Source: a virus. Taken from it: 41,672 nt of DNA. The stretch spans positions 1 through 41,672 of IMG/VR virus record IMGVR_UViG_3300029181_000008; one strand, given 5' to 3'. A model generated the notes under the pieces. That model had not been told where the DNA came from. It searched no databases and saw nothing but the letters and a program-made list of their open reading frames with translations. Shown here piece after piece: positions 13,391 to 21,638 of the stretch (position 1 is the first letter of the stretch; the number at the start of each line of letters is the position of its first letter). The position numbers and the translations under genes were made by a program.

Positions 13391-13443
13391 GCTCCGCACG
13401 GATTACCCTTCGGGTAATGCAGGTTCGACTCCTGCACGGAGTG
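13391..13443 (+). ncRNA. tRNA-like element lacking D-arm and variable loop (not a canonical tRNA)
   Basis: Canonical T-arm gcagg-TTCGACT-cctgc (13419-13435). Acceptor-like pairing of 13391-13396 with 13437-13442. A 17-nt hairpin attaccc-ttc-gggtaat (13402-13418). Confidence 0.45.
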
Positions 13444-13497
13444 ATCAGGTTTGCGCAGACCTTGTAACTATTGGAATAGCACAAGAAAGGAGTACAC

Positions 13498-15120
13498 ATG
13501 TTAGAGTACACAAACGAAGAGTTTGGAAGAATCAGAGTTGAACTGATAACGTCTAAAACATATTTCTATGCCGCTGACATTTGCAGAATTCTCGGAAAAG
13601 GCACATGGACAGGCACATATACACAGAGATATGCAGGAGAAGAGCATATCAAGCAGATTAAGAATGGCTTGAAGAAAGCAAACCTAATTGACCTTGATGG
13701 AGTAATGAATTTGTGTGAGAAGGCACAGACAAAGACTAGTAATTTGCTTATGAGTGTAGCAGAGAGAATCAACTACAATGTCATGTTTTTAGAAGAATCG
13801 TTCACTGGAACGAGATATTTACCTTTTTGCAAAGATGAACAGCAGGGATATGAAAACGGTGCAGGAGATTTTAAGGTTTTCTATCACCCAATTTTCTGGA
13901 AAGTTAGAGCAATGCTAATTGGTGAAAACGTATATTTTTATGCAACTGATATTTGCAATGCATTGGGATTTAAGCGATATGGCAGTACATACGCTAATCG
14001 CTATGCAGGGGAAGAAAACTTAAAACAGATTGTACATGAATCAATGAGAGGTATGCGCTGCATCAATGTTATAAATGTTGCTGGCATAAGCAATTTGTGC
14101 AAGCGCAGCAAATTAGAGGAAGAAAGCTTGTCTAATTTTCAAGAATGGGTTGACATAATGTGCAATGCTATGAAACCACAGGCAGAGGAAAAGCCAGTAG
14201 AAGAGAAACCACTTGAAATTGAAGCCAATGAGCATTCGGATAATACAAGCATTCCGCTTGCCAAAGCTAATAGCTATACCGCCAAAGAACCTATTTTGAT
14301 GGAAGAAGTAAAGCAGGAACTAGAAGAGCATGAAGAAGTCAAGGAGGAAGAAACGATGGAATCAAACGCAATGAAGATTTTTAGCAATCCAGAATTTGGA
14401 GATATCAGAACAGAGGTTATCAACGGTGAGCCGTGGTTTTGCCTGAGTGATGTATGCAAGGCATTAGAGCTTGAGCAGGTAAGCAGAGTCAAAGCAAGAC
14501 TTAATTCAGCCGGGGTTACTACTAGTAAGGTAGGGGTGCAAACAGGGCTGAAAGCAGATGGAACACCATCCATTCAGATTGTATCAATGAGTTTTGTCAA
14601 CGAAGCAAACCTCTACAAGACCATCTTCCAGAGCCGCAAGGAAAGTGCAGAACGCTTTACAGACTGGGTTGCAGGTGAGGTACTTCCTTCAATTCGTAAG
14701 ACTGGCAGCTATCAGCAGACTCCACCGCTTACAGCAGCAGAACAGATACAGCTAATTGCGAAGGGGTGTGTAGAGCTTACACAGCAGGTTGCCACCCTTG
14801 GGGCAGAGGTAACAGAGCTGAAAACAGATATGCCGCTGTATGGATGCGAGATTGACGAGGTACAGCAGCACGTAAAGCGCAAGGGAGTGCAGTGTTTAGG
14901 CGGTAAGGACAGCGAAGCATACGCAGACGGCAGCATCAGAAGCCAAGTGTATAAGGACATTTACAGCCAGTTGAAAAGAGAGTATGGCTGTGTGAGTACC
15001 TATAAGAGTATCAAGCGTAAGTATATTGCAGATGTACATGATTTCATTGACTGCTATCAGCTTCCGACAGTACTTGAGGAGCAGATCACGGCAGCCAACG
15101 CACAGCAGAGATTGTTTTAA
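13498..15120 (+). CDS. Antirepressor-type protein with three Bro-N-like modules and a C-terminal ORF6C-like domain
   Basis: Modules start at residues 1, about 125 and about 300. The third is canonical (FSNPEFGDIRTEVINGEPWFCLSDVCKALEL...ERFTDWVAGEVLPSIRKTG). Confidence 0.8.
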   Translation: MLEYTNEEFGRIRVELITSKTYFYAADICRILGKGTWTGTYTQRYAGEEHIKQIKNGLKKANLIDLDGVMNLCEKAQTKTSNLLMSVAERINYNVMFLEESFTGTRYLPFCKDEQQGYENGAGDFKVFYHPIFWKVRAMLIGENVYFYATDICNALGFKRYGSTYANRYAGEENLKQIVHESMRGMRCINVINVAGISNLCKRSKLEEESLSNFQEWVDIMCNAMKPQAEEKPVEEKPLEIEANEHSDNTSIPLAKANSYTAKEPILMEEVKQELEEHEEVKEEETMESNAMKIFSNPEFGDIRTEVINGEPWFCLSDVCKALELEQVSRVKARLNSAGVTTSKVGVQTGLKADGTPSIQIVSMSFVNEANLYKTIFQSRKESAERFTDWVAGEVLPSIRKTGSYQQTPPLTAAEQIQLIAKGCVELTQQVATLGAEVTELKTDMPLYGCEIDEVQQHVKRKGVQCLGGKDSEAYADGSIRSQVYKDIYSQLKREYGCVSTYKSIKRKYIADVHDFIDCYQLPTVLEEQITAANAQQRLF

Positions 15121-15130
15121 GGAGGAAAAA

Positions 15131-15313
15131 ATGATGTTAAACGAGATTAAAGAGTATTTCAGCGACAAGCAGCGCGAGGCATTGCCACTTATCATCACAG
15201 AAGCGGCAACCCTGCCGAGCAACTATAGAACATTCCTGCTTGGCTATACATCAGGTATGGCAGACGCAGCAAGACTTGAAGTAATGCGCCAGGCGAAGAG
15301 GGAAGCAAAATGA
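15131..15313 (+). CDS. Hypothetical small protein
   Basis: GGAGGA RBS. Internal ATG of ORF 15026..15313. Confidence 0.55.
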   Translation: MMLNEIKEYFSDKQREALPLIITEAATLPSNYRTFLLGYTSGMADAARLEVMRQAKREAK

Positions 15314-15531
15314 AGGTGATTTGGCAACCCACACTAGAAGCAGAAAAGCTTGTAAGTAATGCAGAGAGAGCATTACAGTGCCAGATTTCAAGAGGATTCA
15401 AAGCGCGACTTGAGAAGGAAGCGAAGCACGAAAGATTCCTTGATGCAATTGCTAAGGGTATCTCAGACCTGATTCTTGGATGTGTTATCTTTGGCAGCTT
15501 GGCAATAGCATTATACTTTGGTTCAAAATAA
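15310..15531 (+). CDS. Small protein with a C-terminal TM helix
   Basis: ATGA overlap with the upstream gene. Contains LILGCVIFGSLAIALYFG. Confidence 0.55.
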   Translation: MKVIWQPTLEAEKLVSNAERALQCQISRGFKARLEKEAKHERFLDAIAKGISDLILGCVIFGSLAIALYFGSK

Positions 15532-15544
15532 GGAGGATAAAAAA

Positions 15545-15787
15545 ATGAGCAGTGTTACAGGATATGTTTTGACGGGAAATGACGGAAAGCCGTATTACAG
15601 CTTGGCTATCACAAATACAGAATTGATTGAAAGACTTCACCAGTACTTAACTGATGCAGCGGCAGACGCAATGGACATTCAGCATTACAAGGAAGCAGAG
15701 GAGCTTCTTCACAGCGCAAACAACCTGAGTGATCTTATCATAGAGGCAGAGGCAGAAGAGAAAACAGAAGCGGAGGTAGAAGAATAA
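15545..15787 (+). CDS. Hypothetical acidic protein
   Basis: AGGAGGA RBS. Internal ATG of ORF 15518..15787. Confidence 0.55.
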   Translation: MSSVTGYVLTGNDGKPYYSLAITNTELIERLHQYLTDAAADAMDIQHYKEAEELLHSANNLSDLIIEAEAEEKTEAEVEE

Positions 15788-16284
15788 TGGCATTTTCACT
15801 GTATGAAATCAATTCGCAGATTGAGCAGGCATGGGGCGCAGCAGTAGACCCAGACACAGGAGAGATCATCAACGAGGAAGCATTGCAGGAGCTTGACGGA
15901 TTAACAATGCAGCGTGAGGAGAAGCTTGAGAACCTGGCACTGTTTTACAAGAATCTTTCGGCAGAGGCAGAAGCTTTGAAAGCCGAGAAGATGCGCCTTG
16001 CAGCACGTCAGGCGGCAGCAGAAAAAAAGGCAGAGGGTATTAAGAAGTACATTGCGGAGTCTATGGATTCCGCAGGAGGCGAGAAGATCAAGACAAGCAA
16101 GGTTGCCATTGGTTGGAGAAAGTCAGAAAGCGTCCAGATCAATGCAGGGGCATTCCTGCCTGATGAGTACCTTACCTACAAAGAGCCAGAGCCTAATAAG
16201 GCAGCAATTAAAAAGGCATTAAAGGCAGGGGCTTCTATTGATGGTGCAACACTCGTTACCACTAGCAATATCCAAATCAAGTAA
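15787..16284 (+). CDS. Siphovirus Gp157-like protein
   Basis: N-terminal SLYEINSQIEQAW...DPDTGEI and a central coiled coil, the pattern typical of the Gp157 family and its usual position before the recombination genes. Confidence 0.65.
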   Translation: MAFSLYEINSQIEQAWGAAVDPDTGEIINEEALQELDGLTMQREEKLENLALFYKNLSAEAEALKAEKMRLAARQAAAEKKAEGIKKYIAESMDSAGGEKIKTSKVAIGWRKSESVQINAGAFLPDEYLTYKEPEPNKAAIKKALKAGASIDGATLVTTSNIQIK

Positions 16285-16300
16285 GCAGGGGGAAGAAGGA

Positions 16301-17035
16301 ATGAAAGAAATTATTAAGATTAACTACGAGTTAGAACAGCCTACTGTATCAGCAAGAGAACTGCATGAGGGATTGGGTATCAATACAAAGTTTTCTACGT
16401 GGTTTCCACGTATGTGTGAATATGGTTTTGAGCCAGAAAGAGATTTCGAAAAGTGCTACCCAAATTTGGGTAGCGGTTCCAATGGAGGTCAAAATGCAAC
16501 TGACTATCAAATCTCCATCGACATGGCAAAGCAAATCTGCATGGTTCAGCGTACCGACAAGGGCAAGCAGTACCGCCAGTATTTCCTTGATCTTGAAAAG
16601 GCATGGAATACACCAGAACAGGTGATGGCACGAGCCTTAAAGATTGCCAATAACGAGATTGATAAGCTCAAGGCAGATAACAGAGTCTTGATAGCAGATA
16701 CGGAGCGCATGAGGCCAAAAGAAATCTTCGCGGATGCCGTATCATCAAGCAAAGACTCCTGCCTGATTGGAGACTTAGCTAAGATCATTTGCCAGAATGG
16801 TTACAAGATCGGACGGAATAGATTATTTGAGTGGATGAAAACCAACGGCTATCTTATCAAGGGTGGAAGTAGTAAGAATATGCCTACTCAGAAAGCTATG
16901 GAAATGAAATTGTTTGAGGTAAAGGAAAACACAATCACTGCCCCAGATGGAAGCACCAACGTTAAAAGGACAACAAAAGTAACTGGAAAAGGGCAGGTAT
17001 ATTTTGTGAATAAGTTTGCAGAGGTGGAAGGATGA
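16301..17035 (+). CDS. Antirepressor (AntA-like N-terminal domain plus KilAC/ANT C-terminal domain)
   Basis: VSARELHEGLGINTKFSTWFPRMCEYGF...DYQISIDMAKQICMVQRTDKGKQYRQYFLDLEK, then a C-terminal IGDLAKIICQNGYKIGRNRLFEWMKTNGYL. Confidence 0.8.
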   Translation: MKEIIKINYELEQPTVSARELHEGLGINTKFSTWFPRMCEYGFEPERDFEKCYPNLGSGSNGGQNATDYQISIDMAKQICMVQRTDKGKQYRQYFLDLEKAWNTPEQVMARALKIANNEIDKLKADNRVLIADTERMRPKEIFADAVSSSKDSCLIGDLAKIICQNGYKIGRNRLFEWMKTNGYLIKGGSSKNMPTQKAMEMKLFEVKENTITAPDGSTNVKRTTKVTGKGQVYFVNKFAEVEG

Positions 17036-17289
17036 ATAAACGGCAGAGAAAGAAGCAGTTCAAGAAGCTTCACGGCATGAACCCGAAGCAGTATTTCCTT
17101 GAAAAAGCAATGCCAGAAATTGTAAAAGTTGTAGTAGATGTAGCTAATGCCATGATTAAAGTATTGTGCAAGCTTAACGGTACTCTTTGGGAGATTGCCA
17201 GAGTACGGATGGCACATGCTAACCTGCTGAAAAACCTTACAGAGCAGCGAAAGCAGGGGAAGAGAAAGAAAGGAAAATGGAGTAGATGA
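17032..17289 (+). CDS. Hypothetical basic protein
   Basis: 85-aa ORF with ATGA overlaps. Both termini are Lys/Arg-rich. Confidence 0.55.
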   Translation: MNKRQRKKQFKKLHGMNPKQYFLEKAMPEIVKVVVDVANAMIKVLCKLNGTLWEIARVRMAHANLLKNLTEQRKQGKRKKGKWSR

Positions 17290-18041
17290 AATTTAGAGCA
17301 TTAACAGCGGATGATGTGGAGGTTCGCATTGCAACTGTAAAGAAAAATGGCGTGTCACTCCTGCTGTATAAAGACGCAAGAGTAGATCAGAATATCTTAG
17401 ATGATACCGCAGGAGCTGAAAATTGGCAGAAAAAGTATGAAGTAATTGGCGGCAACCTCTTTTGCAGCGTAGGCATTCGAGTGCTGCACGAAGATTCACA
17501 GGATAGAGAATGGATTTGGAAGCAGGATGTAGGAGTGGAGAGCTACACCGAGAAGGAAAAGGGACAAGCTTCGGACGCTTTCAAGAGAGCATGTTTCTGC
17601 TGGGGCATTGGAAGAGAGCTGTATACAGCCCCGTTTATCTGGATTCCTGCCGATAAGTGTAAGATTGATCAAGTCGCAGGCGATTACCAGAGGTATACCT
17701 GCTACGAGCGATTCCGCGTAAAGAGTATGCAGGTTGTATGCGGTAAAATCACTGCATTAAGTATTGCCAATGATAAGGGCATAGAGGTTTACAGGATGGG
17801 AGCCATTGCGATTCAAGATGTCTCCCAGCAAGCGACAAAAACAGGAACGAGCCGACCAACACCAATTCTTGTTGAAGAAACAGAAATCAATATTATTAAG
17901 GCAGAGCTTGCGAGAACTGGAGTCACAGAGTCGCAGATTTGTGAAGCATACCATATCACAAACCTGAAAGAAATGTCTATGAATCAGTTTTACAATTGCA
18001 AGGCTAGATTAAAAGCTTCAAAAACTAAGGAGGAAAAATAA
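17286..18041 (+). CDS. Rad52/Sak-type single-strand annealing protein
   Basis: EKEKGQASDAFKRACFCWGIGRELY matches the Rad52/22-family signature. Adjacent to SSB. Confidence 0.75.
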   Translation: MKFRALTADDVEVRIATVKKNGVSLLLYKDARVDQNILDDTAGAENWQKKYEVIGGNLFCSVGIRVLHEDSQDREWIWKQDVGVESYTEKEKGQASDAFKRACFCWGIGRELYTAPFIWIPADKCKIDQVAGDYQRYTCYERFRVKSMQVVCGKITALSIANDKGIEVYRMGAIAIQDVSQQATKTGTSRPTPILVEETEINIIKAELARTGVTESQICEAYHITNLKEMSMNQFYNCKARLKASKTKEEK

Positions 18042-18277
18042 TGGCAAAGTTGACACCATTGAAAGCAATTCGCGCCAAGTGCATGGATTGCACAGCAGGG
18101 CAGTTTATCGAGATTCGCCTTTGTACCTGCACAAAATGCCCTCTGTACGAGTACAGAATGGGAAAACGTCCTAAGGGTGAGGAAAGTATCGCTGAGGAAG
18201 TCGAAACCGAGAATAGCGCAGATAGCGCGGCACTTATTGGCACAGATGAAGAATTTGAGGAGGGTGAAGATGAATAA
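18041..18277 (+). CDS. Small Cys-rich (zinc-binding) protein with an acidic tail
   Basis: KCMDCTAGQFIEIRLCTCTKCPLYEY. Confidence 0.6.
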   Translation: MAKLTPLKAIRAKCMDCTAGQFIEIRLCTCTKCPLYEYRMGKRPKGEESIAEEVETENSADSAALIGTDEEFEEGEDE

Positions 18278-18722
18278 AGTAATTTTGATGGGAAGATTGA
18301 CACGTGATCCAGAAGTCAGATACGCGAATCAGGGCACACGACAGATGGCGGTTGCTAGATACACTCTGGCAGTAGATCGCAGAGTATCAAAGCAAGGAGA
18401 CCAGACAGCAGATTTTATCAACTGCGTAGCATTTGACAATCAGGCAGAGTTTTGCGAGAAGTATATGCATCAGGGAATGAAGATGCTTATAACAGGGCAC
18501 TTGCAGACAGGCAGCTACACCAACAGAGAGGGGCAGAAGGTGTACACCACTGATGTGGTAATTGAATCGCAGGAGTTTTGCGAGAAGAGAAGCGAGGGCG
18601 AGTCATACGTACCTCATCCTGCTATGGCAGAGGCACAGAAGAACACACCGCCAAGTCAGCATAAGGGCGGATGGATGAATATTCCTGACGGCGTAGAAGA
18701 TGAGGGTTTACCATTCAATTAA
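18270..18722 (+). CDS. ssb: Single-stranded DNA-binding protein
   Basis: MNKVILMGRLTRDPEVRY...FINCVAF (OB fold) and a C-terminal acidic tip DEGLPF. Internal ATG of ORF 18177..18722. Confidence 0.92.
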   Translation: MNKVILMGRLTRDPEVRYANQGTRQMAVARYTLAVDRRVSKQGDQTADFINCVAFDNQAEFCEKYMHQGMKMLITGHLQTGSYTNREGQKVYTTDVVIESQEFCEKRSEGESYVPHPAMAEAQKNTPPSQHKGGWMNIPDGVEDEGLPFN

Positions 18723-18736
18723 AGGAGATTTAAATA

Positions 18737-18970
18737 ATGTTTTTAGTGGATTTATCAAGACGCAAAGCTTACAACGTTGATAATTTTTCGTGCATCTATT
18801 ATGTCAAGAACCGCTTATACATCGGAACCGAACATAACGAAGCGACTGTGGCAGAATATGATAGTGAAAACGATTGTGCAAAAGCGTTTTACAAAATCGT
18901 TACACAGATGAGCAAAAAGGGAACAAAATTAGTTTTTGCGCCAACACAGATTGAGGTTGATCAATGGTAG
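18737..18970 (+). CDS. Hypothetical protein
   Basis: 77-aa ORF preceded by an AAGGAG RBS. Confidence 0.55.
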   Translation: MFLVDLSRRKAYNVDNFSCIYYVKNRLYIGTEHNEATVAEYDSENDCAKAFYKIVTQMSKKGTKLVFAPTQIEVDQW

Positions 18971-19497
18971 TTTCTGGAAAGTTTGACAGCGTGAGCTTGT
19001 CACTAGATGGCAAGCTGAAAATCACTTTTTCCGTAGTTGAGAAAGAAAAAGCTCTGCGAGAGGTGGAAGAAATAAAAGACGTAGAAAAGCTAGATATTAC
19101 TGCGGAAAAGCACCGTAGCAAGCGAAGCTTGGATGCAAATGCATATTTTTGGGTGCTGTGCGATAAGATGGCGAAACGTCTAGGCTCTGATAAGTGGTCG
19201 ATCTACCTCTTGCAGCTCTCAAAGTATGGAGTTTTTGCAGACCTGAGAGCAACCGCCCAGGCACTGGATATCTTGAAAGAAAAGTTCCGATACACTGAGA
19301 TTTTGAGCGCGGATGATGATAGCTATATAGTGCGATGCTACTTTGGTTCATCCACCTACAACACGAAAGAAATGAGTGATTTGATACATGGGACGGTATC
19401 GGACGCAGAGTCATTGGGCATTGATACCATCACACCCGAAGAATTAGAGAGGATGCTTGCTATCTGGAAGGGTAGCAACAACATGAAAGATTACTGA
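18964..19497 (+). CDS. NinB/Orf-family recombination mediator
   Basis: KRSLDANAYFWVLCDKMA and FGSSTYNTKEMSDLIHG parallel lambda Orf's RSLDQNRKLWACLGDVS and GQSTSRMRVGEFAELLE (compared from memory). Confidence 0.65.
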   Translation: MVVSGKFDSVSLSLDGKLKITFSVVEKEKALREVEEIKDVEKLDITAEKHRSKRSLDANAYFWVLCDKMAKRLGSDKWSIYLLQLSKYGVFADLRATAQALDILKEKFRYTEILSADDDSYIVRCYFGSSTYNTKEMSDLIHGTVSDAESLGIDTITPEELERMLAIWKGSNNMKDY

Positions 19498-19618
19498 TAG
19501 CGTTTAACCCCCTCGTAGATGCCTTTTAAAGCGATTTGAGGTTTTAACTGATAACTTATAAGCTAGAGCATATCAAACTGCTAAAAGGCATAGCAGAGGG
19601 GAAAGAAAGGAGTAAAGA

Positions 19619-19801
19619 ATGAGAATTATGAAGTATGGCACTAAAAAGTTAAAGATGCAGCGTTTTACATGCCCGTATTGCGGAAGCATTTTTGACGCGG
19701 AACCGGGTGAGTACAAAACGAATTTTACAAAGGGTGTTCAATACAACATTATCACATGCCCTTGCTGTCGCTTGCAGGTGATGCAGGCAGAGGAGGAATA
19801 A
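19619..19801 (+). CDS. Small zinc-ribbon protein
   Basis: CPYC...CPCC. AAAGGAG RBS. Confidence 0.6.
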   Translation: MRIMKYGTKKLKMQRFTCPYCGSIFDAEPGEYKTNFTKGVQYNIITCPCCRLQVMQAEEE

Positions 19802-19805
19802 ACGG

Positions 19806-20837
19806 ATGGCGAAAAGGTACTATTGGTTAAAGCTCTCAGATGATTTTTTTAAAAGCAAACCAGTTAAAAAGCTTCGTAGAATCGCAGGTGGCGATACTTA
19901 CACAGTAATTTACTTGAAGATGCTTTTAGTTGCCTTAAAGCAGGATGGAAAAATCTACTATGATGGAGTCGAGGACACATTTGCGGATGAGCTTGCGCTT
20001 GATCTTGATGAGGATGCAGAGAATGTAAAGGTTACAATCGCATTCTTAAAAGCTCAAAATCTCTTGATTGATGGCGATGCAGAAAACGAGTATATCTTGC
20101 CAGAGTGCGCAGCCATGACAGGAACAGAGAGCGATAGCGCAGAGAGAATGCGCAGAATGAGAGAGCGCAAAGCGTTACAATGCAACGATGATCCGTCACA
20201 ATGTTATGCAAAAGTGTCACAATGTGACGGTGATGTGACGGACAGTTACGAAAATGTGACCCTAGAGAAAGAGAATAGATATAAGAGTTTAGATAAAGAC
20301 TTAGATACTAGATATAAGAGTATAGATACAGACTCAGAGACTAGATACAAGAGTAATACAAGTAATAGTCAATCTGACGATGTGACTTGTGAAACGCAAA
20401 GCGTCTCACTTGATATCAAGGAGATTGCAGAGGCTTGGAATGAGTTGCAGAGCTTAGGAATCAAGCCTATCAGTAAGATGGCTGCATCAAGTGCAAGATA
20501 TAGAAAGTTGTCAGCACGAATCCGAGAGCATGGAAAAGATAAAGTGTTGTCAGCTATTGAGCAAATCAAAGTAAGCAACTTCTTACAGGGTTTAAATGAT
20601 CGAGGTTGGGCGATTACTTTTGATTGGTTTGTAATGCCGAACAACTTTGTGAAGGTTCTGGACGGAAATTACAGCAACCGAGTGACGAGAGAGCAGGAAA
20701 AGAAAGGTGATGACAGATATGATGGAATCAAGTCTTGGGCAATCAAAAACGGGCTTAACACCGGAGAAGGAAGCGTGGTTGCAGATAACAACGATTCTGA
20801 AAACAGCGTATCCGACAAAGGGTTTTTTGGATTCTGA
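19806..20837 (+). CDS. Phage replisome organizer (replication initiator, DnaD-like N-terminal domain)
   Basis: MAKRYYWLKLSDDFFKSKPVKKLRRIAGGDTYTVIYLKMLL is the replisome-organizer N-terminal signature. The central linker carries DNA iterons. Confidence 0.85.
   Translation: MAKRYYWLKLSDDFFKSKPVKKLRRIAGGDTYTVIYLKMLLVALKQDGKIYYDGVEDTFADELALDLDEDAENVKVTIAFLKAQNLLIDGDAENEYILPECAAMTGTESDSAERMRRMRERKALQCNDDPSQCYAKVSQCDGDVTDSYENVTLEKENRYKSLDKDLDTRYKSIDTDSETRYKSNTSNSQSDDVTCETQSVSLDIKEIAEAWNELQSLGIKPISKMAASSARYRKLSARIREHGKDKVLSAIEQIKVSNFLQGLNDRGWAITFDWFVMPNNFVKVLDGNYSNRVTREQEKKGDDRYDGIKSWAIKNGLNTGEGSVVADNNDSENSVSDKGFFGF
20195..20354. repeat. Probable origin of replication: GTCACA/TGTGAC half-site cluster plus TAGATA iterons inside the organizer gene
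   Basis: 13-bp palindrome GTCACAATGTGAC (20216-20228). Further half-sites at 20195, 20235 and 20255. Six TAGATA copies (20276-20347), with (C)TAGATAYAAGAGT repeated three times at exact 33-bp spacing. Confidence 0.65.
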
Positions 20838-21375
20838 TGCAGCGGTTGAGCTGTGGTATAAGATGCTGCAAGATATCCCGATGCAGAAGGTGCAGAACGC
20901 AGCAGCGAGATATATCATGGAGGAGCACTTCCCACCTACAATTGCAGATATCCGCAAGCGGTGTGCAGAGGATAATGCAGCGAGTCTCCCAGACTGGGAG
21001 CAGGGTTGGGCTGAGACCATAAACGCAATCCATCGTTGGGGCTATATGCGAGAGTCTGAGGCTCTTGCAAGCCTCAATCCGATCACGGCAGAGGTTGTAA
21101 AGTCCTTGGGGTATCAAGCGTTATGTGCGAGCGACAACCCAGAGGGAGACAGAATTGCATTCCGTGAAGTCCATACTAGATACACGGAGAGAGAAAAGCA
21201 GAATTTGCAGTTGCCAGACCGCTTAAAGGTGGGACATTATCAGATACAACAAAATGACGGAGTGCTACAAATCGAAGAAATGCAGAGAAATATGCGTTTC
21301 ATTGGTTCAGATCAGCGCACGGAAGGGTATGCAGGTGTTTCCGCAAACCGCATCAGAGAGAGGATTGGTGAGTGA
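20710..21375 (+). CDS. Helicase loader, G39P-like (start uncertain: 20707/20710/20719/20722)
   Basis: TPEKEAWLQITTILKTAYP...FPPTIADIRK resembles the SPP1 G39P-type loader N-terminus. Overlaps the organizer gene by more than 110 nt. Confidence 0.6.
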   Translation: MTDMMESSLGQSKTGLTPEKEAWLQITTILKTAYPTKGFLDSDAAVELWYKMLQDIPMQKVQNAAARYIMEEHFPPTIADIRKRCAEDNAASLPDWEQGWAETINAIHRWGYMRESEALASLNPITAEVVKSLGYQALCASDNPEGDRIAFREVHTRYTEREKQNLQLPDRLKVGHYQIQQNDGVLQIEEMQRNMRFIGSDQRTEGYAGVSANRIRERIGE

Positions 21376-21638
21376 TGAAAGATATTAGAGCCAAGGCAGA
21401 GGAGTGGAACGCAGGATCAACGAAAAAAGTGCCGTATGAGTTTGTTGAGTTCTGTGAGGGCAAGAGAAGCATTGATGCAAGCAAGAAGTATTGCACATGG
21501 GAACATTACTCTCATATAAGCTTGGAATCTGTAAATACAGCTTGCGGAAAAGATACCGCATTTGCAAATATTAGAACGTTAGAAAAGTATGATTTTTGCC
21601 CATACTGTGGGAAGAAAATCAAATTATTGGCAAAATGA
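21375..21638 (+). CDS. Hypothetical protein with a C-terminal zinc knuckle
   Basis: CPYCGKK. TGATG overlap with the upstream gene. Confidence 0.55.
   Translation: MKDIRAKAEEWNAGSTKKVPYEFVEFCEGKRSIDASKKYCTWEHYSHISLESVNTACGKDTAFANIRTLEKYDFCPYCGKKIKLLAK

Noticed and set aside
13391-13443. A genuine tRNA gene.
   Set aside because: Only about 52 nt. It has no D-arm, no variable region, a C at position 33 of the putative anticodon loop, a C-A mismatch at the base of the acceptor stem, and no CCA. It is reported only as a tRNA-like element.
20837-21022. ORF 20837..21022 and minus-strand ORFs 20592..21117 in the loader region.
   Set aside because: They overlap the frame carrying the G39P-like motif, have no RBS, and give Cys/Arg-rich nonsense-like translations.
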